Assembly: GCA_947588815.1 (NCBI GenBank)
Contig: CANQAG010000006.1
Span: forward strand, 24,830 to 88,829
Origin: an uncultured Bacilli bacterium
Lineage (GTDB): Bacteria; Bacillota_I; Bacilli_A; RFN20; CAG-449
Direction: 5' to 3'
Length of the DNA: 64,000 nucleotides
This document shows, in pieces, positions 1 through 11,122 of the stretch. The notes beneath the pieces were generated by a model. That model did no database searches and was not told the DNA's origin. It saw only the letters and a list, made by a program, of their open reading frames with translations. The translations under genes were made by a program, and so were the position numbers. Each line of letters begins with the position of its first letter. Within the stretch, counting starts at the first letter, position 1.

Positions 1-774
1 TAAACTTAAATATGAAAATGCCAATATAAGAATCATTAATAATTTACAAGCAAAATTTTTTAACCCAAAATATTTTAAGCAAGACAATACTTTTTTTGTT
101 TCTAAACTTTTTTGATTTTTAGAGGAGCAAATAAACTTCTTTTGATTCTTTAAAGTAATTTGTTGATTCTTAAGTTCATAGATAGAATCACCATATTTCT
201 TAGCTAAACGTTGATTATGCGTAATCACAATCACTAAACGTTTAGTTGCTTCATTTTTTAAAAATCCAAAAACTTCTTCACTATTTCTTTCATCCAACGA
301 TCCGGTTGGTTCATCACACAATAAAACCCGTGGATTAGAAATGATAGCTTTAACCAAAGCTACTCTTTGCTTTTCACCACCCGATAAAGTACTGACTTTA
401 TGATTTTTTAACTTTTCAATATTAAAAAGTTTTAAGTTTTCATCAATTAATTTTTTCTTATCTTCTTCTTTTAAGTTTTTATTTATTAATCCAAATTTAA
501 TATTTTCAAAAACCGTAAGATAATCGAATAATTCAAAATTTTGAAACATCATTGAAACATTATTTGTTTCTTGATTTTCATTATTATTGAACATTATTCT
601 ACCTTCAAACGTATCAAATCCACACAAACAATTAAAAAAAGTCGACTTCCCACTTCCCGAAGCTCCTAAAAGTATAATTAGTCCTTCGTTAGAATCAAAA
701 GTAAGATTAATGTCGTTTAAAATTAATCTTTCTCCATAATGCTTGGTTAAATGCTCAATAATGATTTCGTCCAT
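1..774 (-). CDS. ABC transporter ATP-binding protein (runs off window start, probably fused to a permease)
   Basis: Manual translation from ATG at 774: MDEIIIEHLTKHYGERLIL..., Walker A GASGSGKST, signature LSGGEKQR, Walker B CDEPTGSLD; SD AGAGGA upstream. Missing from ORF track because truncated. Confidence 0.85.
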   Translation of the reverse strand, partial: MDEIIIEHLTKHYGERLILNDINLTFDSNEGLIILLGASGSGKSTFFNCLCGFDTFEGRIMFNNNENQETNNVSMMFQNFELFDYLTVFENIKFGLINKNLKEEDKKKLIDENLKLFNIEKLKNHKVSTLSGGEKQRVALVKAIISNPRVLLCDEPTGSLDERNSEEVFGFLKNEATKRLVIVITHNQRLAKKYGDSIYELKNQQITLKNQKKFICSSKNQKSLETKKVLSCLKYFGLKNFACKLLMILILAFSYLSL

Positions 775-810
775 AAAAAATCCTCTATTATATCAATAGA
801 GGACTTTTTG
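775..810. terminator. Hairpin/terminator-like inverted repeat overlapping the ABC gene SD
   Basis: AAAAAA-TCCTCTATT-atatc-AATAGAGGA-CTTTTT. Confidence 0.55.
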
Positions 811-812
811 AA

Positions 813-1016
813 TTAATCAGATTTTTTGATGATTTTTTTTGCTTTATTGTTAAATTCATTGCGTGGCATCATAATGATATTTCCACACCCACAACATTTA
901 ATCTTAATATCCGCTCCAAGGCGAACGATTTCAAATTGCTTAGAACGAGAACTGCAAGGATGTGGTTTTCTCATTTCAACAATATCACCAAGACCATATT
1001 CATTATTTTCGATCAT
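813..1016 (-). CDS. DUF951 family protein
   Basis: YGLGDIVEMRKPHPC...IVRLGADIKIKCCGCG matches the DUF951/YyzM pattern. Confidence 0.85.
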   Translation of the reverse strand: MIENNEYGLGDIVEMRKPHPCSSRSKQFEIVRLGADIKIKCCGCGNIIMMPRNEFNNKAKKIIKKSD

Positions 1017-1830
1017 GATTATACCTATAACATTTCAAAACATTATCCATCGCCAAAGCGGAAGTAATCGTTCCAACACCGCCAGGTACTTTGCTGAGCA
1101 TTTTTACTTTATCGCTAGGAATCACGTCTCCTTTGATTTGATCATCTAAATAATGGATTCCGGCATCGACAACTACTGCATTTTCATTCATTAAAGAACT
1201 ATCAATAAAATGAGGTTTTCCAATAGCGACGACAACAATATCAAAATCCTTCAACATTTGATTAAGATTCTTGGTTTTAGAATGAGCGACTGTAACTGTG
1301 GCATTACGATTCATCAACATTAAAGCAACTGGTTTTCCGACCGAGATTGATCTACCGATAATCAATGCCCTTTTTCCTTCTATTTCAACGTGATACTCAT
1401 CAAGCAATTCCATAATCGCTTTAGCGGTTGCCGGTACTAAACTTTCTTTTTCATTACGCACTAATCGCCCAAGCATCAAAGAATTCATTGCATCAATATC
1501 TTTTTTAGGATCCAAAGCATCGATAATTTTTTGTTCGTCAGCTCCTTTATATAATGGTCTAGTAATCAAAACAGCATCGACATCTTGGTCTGAATTTAAT
1601 TTTTGAATCGTTTTTAAATAATCTTCCTCACAAGCTTTCATTTTCATTAAAGTAAAGCGAATTCTTAATTCCTCCGCTAATTTTTGCTGAGAAATACAAT
1701 AACCTTTACTTGATTCATCACTTTCATTTAATAAAACCACTAGATGAGGCGTTTTTTCCAAAGCGGCAATTTCTTGTTTGACTCGCTCTTTTATTTTTGA
1801 AGCCGCATTTTTTCCAATCATCAATTCCAT
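1003..1830 (-). CDS. folD: Methylenetetrahydrofolate dehydrogenase/cyclohydrolase
   Basis: KDIDAM, IGRSISVGKP, NATVTVAHSKT, VPGGVG motifs; adjacent to fhs. Confidence 0.93.
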   Translation of the reverse strand: MELMIGKNAASKIKERVKQEIAALEKTPHLVVLLNESDESSKGYCISQQKLAEELRIRFTLMKMKACEEDYLKTIQKLNSDQDVDAVLITRPLYKGADEQKIIDALDPKKDIDAMNSLMLGRLVRNEKESLVPATAKAIMELLDEYHVEIEGKRALIIGRSISVGKPVALMLMNRNATVTVAHSKTKNLNQMLKDFDIVVVAIGKPHFIDSSLMNENAVVVDAGIHYLDDQIKGDVIPSDKVKMLSKVPGGVGTITSALAMDNVLKCYRYNHDRK

Positions 1831-3441
1831 TTATAAATTCTCCATTTTTACTGCTGCCGGAACTTTAGGGAGTCCTGGCATTGTCAAAATATTACCTGTA
1901 AGTGGAATGATAAATCTTGCACCGCTTGAAAGATTGACATCACGGATCATCAAATCAAAGTCACGAGGCGTATTTAAAAGTTGCGGATTATCACTGAATG
2001 ATTGCGGAGTTTTGGCCATGCAAATATAAGAATCGCCATAACCCATTTCTATGTATTTATCGATTTTCTTTTTCGCTAACTCAGTGTAATTTACACTTCT
2101 TGCACGATATATTTCCTTTGCGATTTTTTCGATTTTATCATAAACATTTTCTTCTTTTCTATAAAGTGGCATATATCCTTTACCATTAGAATCATTAAGT
2201 GCTGCAACCACTTTGTGTGCTAAATCCACCGCTCCTTCTCCACCATTAATGAAACCATCTTGGAATGAGACCACATATCCATGTTCTTGACACCAATTCG
2301 TTAAAAAGGCAACTTCACTTGGATAATCACTTGCAAAGTGATTAATTGCAACCAAAGGCTTGATCCCGAATTTTTCAATGTTTTCTAAGTGTTGCTTTAA
2401 ATTGTTAACACCCAATTTTAAAGCTTCGACATTCTCGACTCCTAAATCTTCAAGTTTTTGACCACCATGCATTTTCAAGGCCCTTATGGTGGCAACCATC
2501 ACTACTAAAGATGGTTTTAATCCAGCCTCTTGACATTTAATATTCAAAAATTTTTCAGCGCCTAAATCTGCGCCAAATCCAGCTTCAGTTACGACAATAT
2601 CTTTCAGCTTTAATGCCAATTTGGTAGCAATAATAGAATTGCAACCGTGTGCAATATTAGCAAAAGGGCCACCGTGAACAAGGCACGGGTTATTTTCCCC
2701 AGTTTGAATTAAATTAGGTTTTAAAGCCTCTTTCATCAATTTCATAATCGCATTAGAAATCTTCAAATCCTTGACTTTAATAGGTTTATCTTCATAAGAA
2801 TAAGCGACAATGATTTCATTTACCCGACGTTTAAAATCTTCTTTAGACGTTGCTAAACACAATACTGCCATCATTTCACTAGCAACTGTGATTATAAAAC
2901 CATCATCACGTTCAACGCCATTTTTTTCTCCAAGACCAACCCTAATTTCTCGAAGGGCTCGGTCATTCATATCCAAAGCACGCTTCCAGACAACTTTTGT
3001 CGGGTCAATTCCTAATTCATTGCCTTGAAAAATATGATTATCGATAATAGCCGAAATAAGGTTAATCGAACTTGTCAAGGCGTGCATATCGCCGGTGAAG
3101 TGAAGGTTAATATCTTCGCTAGGCTCAATTGTTACTTTGCCACCACCTGTAGCCCCGCCTTTTATCCCAAAAACCGGTCCTAAAGAAGGTTCTCTTAAAG
3201 CGAGCATCACCGAAGCCCCGATTCGATTCAATCCTTCCGTCAAAGCAATCGATGTCGTGGTTTTTCCTTCTCCAGCTTTCGTTGGGGTGATAGCTGTCAC
3301 TAATACCAATTGACCATCTTTTTTATCTTTTAATTCGTCGAGTAGTGATAGATCTATTTTACCTTTGTATTTTCCGTATGGTTCTAAATATTTTTGATCA
3401 ATGCCGGCTTTAGCGGCAATATTATAAATCTCTTCTAACAT
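1831..3441 (-). CDS. fhs: Formate--tetrahydrofolate ligase
   Basis: TPTKAGEGKTT, GIKGGATGGG, HGGPFANIAHGCNS, TEAGFGADLGAEKF. Confidence 0.97.
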   Translation of the reverse strand: MLEEIYNIAAKAGIDQKYLEPYGKYKGKIDLSLLDELKDKKDGQLVLVTAITPTKAGEGKTTTSIALTEGLNRIGASVMLALREPSLGPVFGIKGGATGGGKVTIEPSEDINLHFTGDMHALTSSINLISAIIDNHIFQGNELGIDPTKVVWKRALDMNDRALREIRVGLGEKNGVERDDGFIITVASEMMAVLCLATSKEDFKRRVNEIIVAYSYEDKPIKVKDLKISNAIMKLMKEALKPNLIQTGENNPCLVHGGPFANIAHGCNSIIATKLALKLKDIVVTEAGFGADLGAEKFLNIKCQEAGLKPSLVVMVATIRALKMHGGQKLEDLGVENVEALKLGVNNLKQHLENIEKFGIKPLVAINHFASDYPSEVAFLTNWCQEHGYVVSFQDGFINGGEGAVDLAHKVVAALNDSNGKGYMPLYRKEENVYDKIEKIAKEIYRARSVNYTELAKKKIDKYIEMGYGDSYICMAKTPQSFSDNPQLLNTPRDFDLMIRDVNLSSGARFIIPLTGNILTMPGLPKVPAAVKMENL

Positions 3442-3488
3442 AACTACCCTCCTATTTTCATTTTATTTTTATGTATCATATCATAGAG

Positions 3489-4376
3489 TTAATCATGGTT
3501 TAACTTATTTATGCAAAAATCGTAAGCTTCTTTCTTTGAACTAAACCAATTAACTATAAACTGATTTTTAAAATATGTGTACTGTCTTCTAGCATAAGCA
3601 TGAGATTTATGCTTAATATGCTCGACAATTAAAGCGTTCGATTCATTATTCTCTTTTCCAACTATAAAATCTTTGTATCCTATCGCTTGAAAAGCCTTAT
3701 GATTACTTCCATATTTTGCAACCAACATCTGAACTTCTTTTTCTAGACCTTTTTCAATCATATTGTCGACTCGTCGATCAATATCCTGATACAATTTTTG
3801 TCGTTCGACTTCAAGTCCTACAAAACATACATCGTAAATAGGCTGATGATGTTGCCTTTCGATTAATGTTGATTTTTTTTCTCCACGCATCAAATAAATT
3901 TCAATTGCTCTAAGTACCCTTTTGCGGTTGTTCATATGAATTTTAGAGGCTTCTATAGGATCGATTTTCAATAACTTTTCATAAAGTTCTTCGTTATTCA
4001 AGCACTCATATTCATTCATATCAACTTTTTGTTCTTGCAATTCTAAATCAAAATCAAAAAGCGCCGCTTTTAAATACATTCCGGTTCCTCCAACGATGAT
4101 GATAGGAACATTTTTTTTCGACAATTCTGCGATTTTATTTCTGGCATCAACTTGATAATTAAACGCTGAATAATCTTGATCAGGATTAACAAATGAAAAG
4201 AGATGATGTGGTACACTTTTCATTTCCATTTCACTTGGTTTTGCCGTACCGATATTCATATCCTTATAGATTTGAAAAGCATCACCATTGATAATTTCGC
4301 CATGAACCGTTTTCGCCACTTCAATCGCTAAAGCACTTTTCCCGACACCGGTTGGACCAACGATACAAATTATCAT
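3489..4376 (-). CDS. miaA: tRNA dimethylallyltransferase
   Basis: GPTGVGKS, QIYKDMNIGTAKP, VGGTGMY, QAIGYK, YARRQYT. Confidence 0.95.
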   Translation of the reverse strand: MIICIVGPTGVGKSALAIEVAKTVHGEIINGDAFQIYKDMNIGTAKPSEMEMKSVPHHLFSFVNPDQDYSAFNYQVDARNKIAELSKKNVPIIIVGGTGMYLKAALFDFDLELQEQKVDMNEYECLNNEELYEKLLKIDPIEASKIHMNNRKRVLRAIEIYLMRGEKKSTLIERQHHQPIYDVCFVGLEVERQKLYQDIDRRVDNMIEKGLEKEVQMLVAKYGSNHKAFQAIGYKDFIVGKENNESNALIVEHIKHKSHAYARRQYTYFKNQFIVNWFSSKKEAYDFCINKLNHD

Positions 4377-6202
4377 ATCGCAGTCCTTTTAAACATCTTT
4401 TCAATGTCATACTTTTTAAAACGCACAATCGTCGGTCGTCCATGAGGACAACATGTCGGATTTTTACATTTAAACAATTGATCAATCAACTGTTTCATTT
4501 CAAATAAATTAAGTCGATCATTAGCTTTTATTGAGGCCTTACAAGCCATCGTAGCTATCACATGTTTTCTTAAAGAAATTAAATCTATTTTTTCTTTTCC
4601 AAGCACTTGATCGATTAATTCTAAAATATAAGAATCATCTTTTTCTTCTCGCAAGAAAAGCGGAATTCTAGATACCTTCAAAGTATTAGTACCAAACAAT
4701 TCAATCGTTAATCCGATGTCCTCTAAAAGTTTAAAATGCCTTTCATTTAATCGCATGGCATCGCTTGGATTAAGATTTACAATAATCGGAAACAATGGCG
4801 TGCATGTCTCAATATTTGAATTTAAAATCTCTTGGTATTTTTCATAATTGATTCTCTCGTTTGCGGCATGTTGATCAATCAAATAAAATCCGTCCGGCGC
4901 ACTGCAAACAATGTACGTATTTAAGATTTGACCAAGTGGAGTAATCTCGTTTTTTTCTTCAATATCTACTTTTCGTTCTTCTTTAACTTCTATTTCTTTA
5001 AAGAGTTCTTTAGCTTCCGGTAATTGTTCATCGAAGTCTTCAAAATTAATCTTAATCGGTGCATTCTCTTCTATTTTTTCTTTTTTTGGCTCAGTAGCTT
5101 GATGTTGATTAGAAACCGTTGGACGAACGATATTTTCTTTAAACGGAACTTCAATTTGCTCAAACATCGGCATCGTCGATACTTTTTCCGTCGCTTTGAT
5201 ATTGACTTCTTGAATGTGATTTAAATTTTTAAGTTCTTCAGAAATCGCTTTTTCAAGAGCGGTGTAAAGATTATTTTCATTGGATAGACGGACTTCTTTT
5301 TTCGTGGGATGGACATTAACGTCTACTAAAGCATAGTCAACTTTAATATCCAGCACTACAAACGGAAATTTAGAGTTAAATATATAATCACTGTATCCAT
5401 CGATAATCGCCTTTTGAATTTTAGGCATATACACACTTCTTTGATTTAATAGTGTAATCATGTAATAGCGATTAGATTTTGCTATTTCAGGTAATCCTAG
5501 GTATCCTGTAACTTCAAATTCATAAGTGGAAAAAGAAATCGGTATCATCTTTTTAGCGGCATCATAGCCATAAATATTTGCGATAACTTCTAATAATTTA
5601 CCATTTCCGTTAGTGGCAAAAGATAAACGATCATCAAAATATAGCGAAAAAGCCACGTCGCTTCTAGCCATTGCTAAACGTTGCATCACTTCAAGGATTG
5701 AGGAGTTTTCGGTAGTATCCGATTTTAGATATTTTAAACGTGCCGGGGTATTAAAAAACAGCTCTTCAATCGTAAAAGTAGTTCCTTTTATTAAACTCGC
5801 GTCTTCCACAGTGACATTTTCATCTTCGATAGTTACTTTTGTTCCTACGCCTTTTCCGTCAGATGTGGTCATCGTCACTTTAGAAACCGCAGCGATTGAC
5901 GCTAATGCCTCGCCCCTAAAACCCATCGTTTTGATGTTAAAAAGATCTCTTTCATTATATAGTTTGCTAGATGCATGACGCTTAAAAGCTAGAATTGCAT
6001 CTTCTCGATCCATTCCGCTTCCATTATCGCTAACAATAATCTTATCGCGTCCGGCCCCATATATCATCACTTTGATTTTCGTGCTACCAGCATCCAAAGA
6101 ATTTTCAACCAATTCTTTTACGACACTTGAAGGCCGTTCGATAACTTCTCCAGCAGCGATCATATTGGCAAGTTTATGATCCATCACTTTAATTACGCTC
6201 AT
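4373..6202 (-). CDS. mutL: DNA mismatch repair endonuclease MutL
   Basis: IAAGEVIERP, GFRGEALASI, DQHAANER, CPHGRP. Confidence 0.97.
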   Translation of the reverse strand: MSVIKVMDHKLANMIAAGEVIERPSSVVKELVENSLDAGSTKIKVMIYGAGRDKIIVSDNGSGMDREDAILAFKRHASSKLYNERDLFNIKTMGFRGEALASIAAVSKVTMTTSDGKGVGTKVTIEDENVTVEDASLIKGTTFTIEELFFNTPARLKYLKSDTTENSSILEVMQRLAMARSDVAFSLYFDDRLSFATNGNGKLLEVIANIYGYDAAKKMIPISFSTYEFEVTGYLGLPEIAKSNRYYMITLLNQRSVYMPKIQKAIIDGYSDYIFNSKFPFVVLDIKVDYALVDVNVHPTKKEVRLSNENNLYTALEKAISEELKNLNHIQEVNIKATEKVSTMPMFEQIEVPFKENIVRPTVSNQHQATEPKKEKIEENAPIKINFEDFDEQLPEAKELFKEIEVKEERKVDIEEKNEITPLGQILNTYIVCSAPDGFYLIDQHAANERINYEKYQEILNSNIETCTPLFPIIVNLNPSDAMRLNERHFKLLEDIGLTIELFGTNTLKVSRIPLFLREEKDDSYILELIDQVLGKEKIDLISLRKHVIATMACKASIKANDRLNLFEMKQLIDQLFKCKNPTCCPHGRPTIVRFKKYDIEKMFKRTAI

Positions 6203-6205
6203 AAC

Positions 6206-8725
6206 TTACTCCTTTATTTTTTTCTTCAAATCATAAAGATAATTCAACGCCTCAAGCGGTGAAAGAGTCAATGGATCTAATTGCTTTAAATCTTTAATCC
6301 ATGGTTCTTCTTTCTTATCTTCACGTTTGATGACATCTTTTGAAACTTTTACCGATTCATTCTCCAAAGAATCAAGAATTTCACGGGCTCTTTTAATCAA
6401 TGTTGGGGGTAAATGCGCTAAGCGAGCGACATTTAATCCATATGATTTATTCATCGCTCCGTCTTCCACTTTATAAAGGAAAGTAATTTGATCGTCGACT
6501 TCGCTGACTGATACATGTATGTTCTTTAAAACTTTAAGTTCCTTTTCGATGGTGGTAATTTCATGATAATGAGTAGAAAAAATCGTCTTGGCCTTAATGA
6601 TTGAAGCAATATATTCAAGAATCGCCTGCGCTAATGCCATACCATCAAAAGTCGCGGTTCCTCTTCCTATTTCATCAAAAAGCAGTAATGAATTTTCATT
6701 AGCGTGTTGTAAGGCATAATTTGTTTCACTCATTTCGACCATGAAAGTAGATTGACCAGAGACTAAATCATCGGACGCGCCGATGCGTGTGAATATTTGA
6801 TCGAAAATCATTAACTCAGCTTCATCGCAAGGGACGTAGCAACCGATTTGAGCCATAATCACTATCAAGGCAAATTGGCGCATATAAGTCGATTTTCCAC
6901 CCATATTAGGACCGGTTATCACAAGAATATCGGTGTCTTTATCCATGATAATATCGTTTGGAACATAGTTACTGTTTTGCATCACTTTTTCAATCACCGG
7001 ATGACGCCCATTTTTAATTCTTATAATGCGATTTTCATTAAATGTCGGTTTAACATAATGATTTTCATTTGACACTTTAGCAAATGCCAACAAACAATCA
7101 ATGTATGAAATCAATTGGGCAAGAGTTTGAATTTGTTCTGTATATGAAGAAACATGTTTACGAAGAGCAACGAAAAGTTCGTACTCCAAAGCCGCTCTTC
7201 TTTCGTCAGCTTGAAGGATCAACGCTTCTTTTTCTTTAAGCTCTCGGGTTATAAAACGTTCCGAATTAATCGTCGTCTGTTTTCTTTCATAGCCCCACTC
7301 TTCTTTAATTTGATTGACGGCTCCTTTAGATACTTCAATATAATATCCAAAAACTCGATTATATCCGACTTTCAAAGTTTTAATACCGGTCTTTTCTCGC
7401 TCTTGGGCTTCTAAAGAAGCCACCCATGATTTACCATCAGTCGATAAAAAGATCAATTCATCAAGTTCTTTGGAATATCCACGCTTAAAGATACCGCCTT
7501 CTTTAATCGTAAGAGGCACATCTTCGTCGATTGCTTTTTCCAACATATTAGTCAAATCAGAAAAATCATAATCAAGACCTTTTAATAAATTGACATTTTC
7601 GTTATTTAACATTTTTAAATCGCTTAGTAAAGATGGCACTAGTTCAAGAGATTTTTTAAGTTGTAATAAATCTCGACCAGAAGCACTTCCAAAATTGATT
7701 TTAGCAATCAAGCGTTCTAAATCATAAATATCGCGTAAATCTTTTGAAATATCATTGGCAAGCAAAAAGTTATCAATAAAAGAAGCTACGATACTTTGGC
7801 GCTTTAAAATTTCATTTAAATCTGCCGTTGGTTTAACGATCCATTTTTTAAGAAGACGCGATCCCATATTGGTTAAAGTCTTATCTAACAGCCAAAATAA
7901 AGTACCATATGTTTCATCGCTTCTTATAGTTCTGACTAATTCTAAATTCACTCGCGAAAAATGATCGATTTGCATGTCTGAAGTAGAACGCAACACTTTG
8001 GCTTTTTGCAAATAATTAAGCTCTCGTTTTTGCGTTTCTTTAAGATAATTCAAAAGACGCACCAAAGCATGTTGCTGAAAAACATCACGCACATCCGAAA
8101 GAACATAGTCATGTTCCATCGTGATGTTATCGTCATTTTCATAAGAGATTAATATATTATCGCGACTTTTGATTTTTAAAATGTCTTGATGGCTAAAAGA
8201 AGTTGAAACCACCACTTCACGAATCGCTAAATTTAAAATTTCATTGATTACAAGCTCGATATCCTTTTCGATATTTTCGACATATATTTCACCGGTAGAA
8301 ATATCGGCGTAAGCAAAAACATAATAATTTTCGCTACTTCCAATACACCCGATGTAATTATTGCCTTTTTGTTTTACATCCACCACTGCGCCGGGAGTAA
8401 TGATTTGAACAACATCGCGTTCCACTAATCCTTTGGCGGTGCTTGGATCTTCCATTTGCTCGACAATTCCGACTTTGTAGCCTTTTTTGATCAATTTTTC
8501 GATGTAGGCATCGATTGCATGATGTGGAACTCCACACATCGGAACCCGTTCTTCTACACCGGCACTTTTCCCGGTTAATGCTAATTGCAATTCGCGCGAG
8601 GCGATCTTTGCATCATCAAAAAACAATTCATAAAAATCGCCGAGTCGAAAAAGAATCAAAGTATCTGGATGTTTATTTTTGATACTCAAATATTGCATCA
8701 TCATCGGCGTATACTTCTTTTCCAT
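6206..8725 (-). CDS. mutS: DNA mismatch repair protein MutS
   Basis: TPMMMQY, GDFYELF, TGPNMGGKSTYMRQ, DEIGRGT, STHYHE. Confidence 0.97.
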   Translation of the reverse strand: MEKKYTPMMMQYLSIKNKHPDTLILFRLGDFYELFFDDAKIASRELQLALTGKSAGVEERVPMCGVPHHAIDAYIEKLIKKGYKVGIVEQMEDPSTAKGLVERDVVQIITPGAVVDVKQKGNNYIGCIGSSENYYVFAYADISTGEIYVENIEKDIELVINEILNLAIREVVVSTSFSHQDILKIKSRDNILISYENDDNITMEHDYVLSDVRDVFQQHALVRLLNYLKETQKRELNYLQKAKVLRSTSDMQIDHFSRVNLELVRTIRSDETYGTLFWLLDKTLTNMGSRLLKKWIVKPTADLNEILKRQSIVASFIDNFLLANDISKDLRDIYDLERLIAKINFGSASGRDLLQLKKSLELVPSLLSDLKMLNNENVNLLKGLDYDFSDLTNMLEKAIDEDVPLTIKEGGIFKRGYSKELDELIFLSTDGKSWVASLEAQEREKTGIKTLKVGYNRVFGYYIEVSKGAVNQIKEEWGYERKQTTINSERFITRELKEKEALILQADERRAALEYELFVALRKHVSSYTEQIQTLAQLISYIDCLLAFAKVSNENHYVKPTFNENRIIRIKNGRHPVIEKVMQNSNYVPNDIIMDKDTDILVITGPNMGGKSTYMRQFALIVIMAQIGCYVPCDEAELMIFDQIFTRIGASDDLVSGQSTFMVEMSETNYALQHANENSLLLFDEIGRGTATFDGMALAQAILEYIASIIKAKTIFSTHYHEITTIEKELKVLKNIHVSVSEVDDQITFLYKVEDGAMNKSYGLNVARLAHLPPTLIKRAREILDSLENESVKVSKDVIKREDKKEEPWIKDLKQLDPLTLSPLEALNYLYDLKKKIKE

Positions 8726-8801
8726 ACTACTACCTCATACTGCAATTTTTATTATAACAATTTTAAGGATGTTTTTCGAGATAAAAAACATACTTAGAAA
8801 A

Positions 8802-9314
8802 TTACTTATCTTCGAGATAATTAGGATTTACATTCATTAAAATTTCTTCGTCGATTGAAATATCTTCTTTATAATCATCGGCACAGTTTACTACTAGAAT
8901 CGCTTCCGCGAAACAATCGACTAAATAAAGGCTTTCGATTTTTAAATTGACAACCCCATTGCTTTCTAATTCCATCTTGCTGCAAGTCGGATAATGAGAA
9001 ACATAAACTTTTATAAAACGCTCTTCTGAAATTGTTTTTAAATCCCGATACACCATGGTAAATGGTTCTTCAAATTCAATCGTCTCATTGTAAACCGATG
9101 ACTTTTGATCATGATTGGAAGCGTACCATAATTGAATATCAAAAGAACCTTTTAAAGTAATCTTCCCTTGCGATTCAATGGTTTCATATTTAAGGTTGAT
9201 AATCCAGCAACCTAACGTTTTAGAAATATCCTCATCAATATAAATGCGTTTATTAATGATACTGGAAAGTTTTCCTTTACCAATTAAAGTTTTCGCGGCG
9301 ATTTCACGATACAT
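8802..9314 (-). CDS. cotE: Outer spore coat morphogenetic protein CotE
   Basis: MYREI..K..IGKG, LGCWIIN, G.FDIQLWY resemble CotE; conserved position between ricA/ymcA and mutS. Confidence 0.85.
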   Translation of the reverse strand: MYREIAAKTLIGKGKLSSIINKRIYIDEDISKTLGCWIINLKYETIESQGKITLKGSFDIQLWYASNHDQKSSVYNETIEFEEPFTMVYRDLKTISEERFIKVYVSHYPTCSKMELESNGVVNLKIESLYLVDCFAEAILVVNCADDYKEDISIDEEILMNVNPNYLEDK

Positions 9315-9333
9315 AAAAAAATCCTCCTCTACT

Positions 9334-9362
9334 AATATATGAGAAGGATACCTTTTTATTTC
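9334..9362 (-). promoter_or_regulatory. sigmaE/sigmaK-like promoter of cotE
   Basis: AAATAAA-13nt-CATATATT followed by SD GAGGAGG. Confidence 0.5.
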
Positions 9363-9670
9363 AAAGCCTGTTGCAACTTTTCTAAAAGGAGCATTACTTC
9401 CTCGCGTTCTAAATAAAAGTTTACAATCAAGGGGTTTTCATCGTAACTTTTTTTTAATTCGAGATATTTTTGGCGATTAATTTGATAATTTTTCTCATCG
9501 TTGATCGCTAAAGCCGTCTTTTTTTGCCACTTTTTTATTTCTATTTCCAACATGTTCAATTCAGAACTCTCAAGAATCATTTTCTTCAATTCTAAAAAAC
9601 GGATAACTGCTGGATTATCAAAAAAAGTTTTGATAAATTCGTCTAAATCATTTTTTAATTTTTCATTCAT
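9356..9670 (-). CDS. YlbF/YmcA (RicA-like) family regulator
   Basis: Short helical protein with NPAV..F and NPLIV.F motifs, in the ymcA position between miaB and cotE. Confidence 0.7.
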   Translation of the reverse strand: MNEKLKNDLDEFIKTFFDNPAVIRFLELKKMILESSELNMLEIEIKKWQKKTALAINDEKNYQINRQKYLELKKSYDENPLIVNFYLEREEVMLLLEKLQQALK

Positions 9671-11111
9671 CGCTTACCAATTCTCCGATTAAAGAAAATG
9701 TATGTGACTCCAAAATTTTAACTTTTACAATTTTACCGATTAAATCTTTGGATCCTTTAAAGTTGACGAGTTTCATAGTTTCAGTATAACCACTTAAAAT
9801 ATCATCTCTCTTTTTAGAAGTTCCCTCAACTAAAACATCATAGACGTTATTTATATAGCGTTTTGCTCTTTCTTCCGCTTCTTGTTCAACCACTTTGACC
9901 AAGCGATCAAATCTTCTTTTTTTCTCTTCCATCGAAACGTTATCTTCCATTTTAGCTGCAGGGGTTCCTACACGTGGAGAATAGATAAAAGTAAAGGCAC
10001 TATCAAAGTGACAATATTGAACCATCTTTAAAGTTTCTTCAAAATCGGCTTCACTTTCATTGGGAAAACCGACAATAATATCCGTCGTTAAAGCGACATC
10101 CTTAATAAGACTTTTCAGTTCATCGACTAATTGGCGATATTGAAAAGCAGTGTATCTTCTTCCCATTCTGCGTAACACATCGTCACTACCCGATTGAAGC
10201 GGAAGATGAATACATGGCATGATATTTTTATATTTAGCGATCACTTCAAACATCTCTTTGGAAAAATCCCACGGATGTGAAGTCGTAAAACGAAGTCGTG
10301 CAATACCGGTCTTAGCTACTAATTCTAAAAGTTTAGCAAAGTTTAAATTTGAATCCAGATCTTTACCATATGCATTGACATTTTGACCTAAAAGAGTAAT
10401 TTCTTGATAACCATTATCAACAAGATTCTGGCATTCATTTAAAATATCGGCCACGCGACGACTTCTTTGCTTGCCACGGGTATATGGAACAATGCAATAA
10501 GTGCAAAACTTATCGCATCCGTACATGATATTTACAAAGGCTTTAAAGCGATCACTTCGCGCCAAAGGAATTCCTTCAATCACTTCGCCTTCTTTTGACA
10601 AAACTTCAATTACACGTTTTTCATCAAAAACCACTTCGTCTAAAAGTTGTGGTAAGCGAAAGATATTGTGGGTCCCAAAAACCAAATCAACTTGAGGATA
10701 TGATTTTTTTACTTGCTCGACGATATGAGTTTGTTGCACCATGCATCCGCATAAAGCGATAATTGCTCCCGGATTAATGTCTTTCAAACGTTTCAAAGAA
10801 CCGATTTCTCCAAAAACTTTATCTTCGGCGTTCTCTCTTACCGCACAAGTATTTAAAATCAATAAATCCGACTTTAAAGGATCGTCTACAGGCACAAAAC
10901 CCAGTTCTTGAAGAATCCCTTCAATCGCTTCAGAGTCTAAAACATTAGCTTGACAACCATATGTTCTAATAAAATATTTACGATTTTTGGCAAACTCTAA
11001 CAATCGTGAAGAATAAGTGATCTCTTCATGAATAATTTTAGTTGCTTCCTTGCTACGTTTAGCCGCTTCTTTTAAAGAAGGCAAGCTGTGCTCCTTTATT
11101 TGCTTCTTCAT
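9663..11111 (-). CDS. miaB: tRNA methylthiotransferase MiaB
   Basis: TYGCQAN, NTCAVRENAE, radical SAM GCDKFCTYC, C-terminal TRAM domain. Confidence 0.96.
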   Translation of the reverse strand: MKKQIKEHSLPSLKEAAKRSKEATKIIHEEITYSSRLLEFAKNRKYFIRTYGCQANVLDSEAIEGILQELGFVPVDDPLKSDLLILNTCAVRENAEDKVFGEIGSLKRLKDINPGAIIALCGCMVQQTHIVEQVKKSYPQVDLVFGTHNIFRLPQLLDEVVFDEKRVIEVLSKEGEVIEGIPLARSDRFKAFVNIMYGCDKFCTYCIVPYTRGKQRSRRVADILNECQNLVDNGYQEITLLGQNVNAYGKDLDSNLNFAKLLELVAKTGIARLRFTTSHPWDFSKEMFEVIAKYKNIMPCIHLPLQSGSDDVLRRMGRRYTAFQYRQLVDELKSLIKDVALTTDIIVGFPNESEADFEETLKMVQYCHFDSAFTFIYSPRVGTPAAKMEDNVSMEEKKRRFDRLVKVVEQEAEERAKRYINNVYDVLVEGTSKKRDDILSGYTETMKLVNFKGSKDLIGKIVKVKILESHTFSLIGELVSDE

Positions 11112-11122
11112 TTTTACTCCCG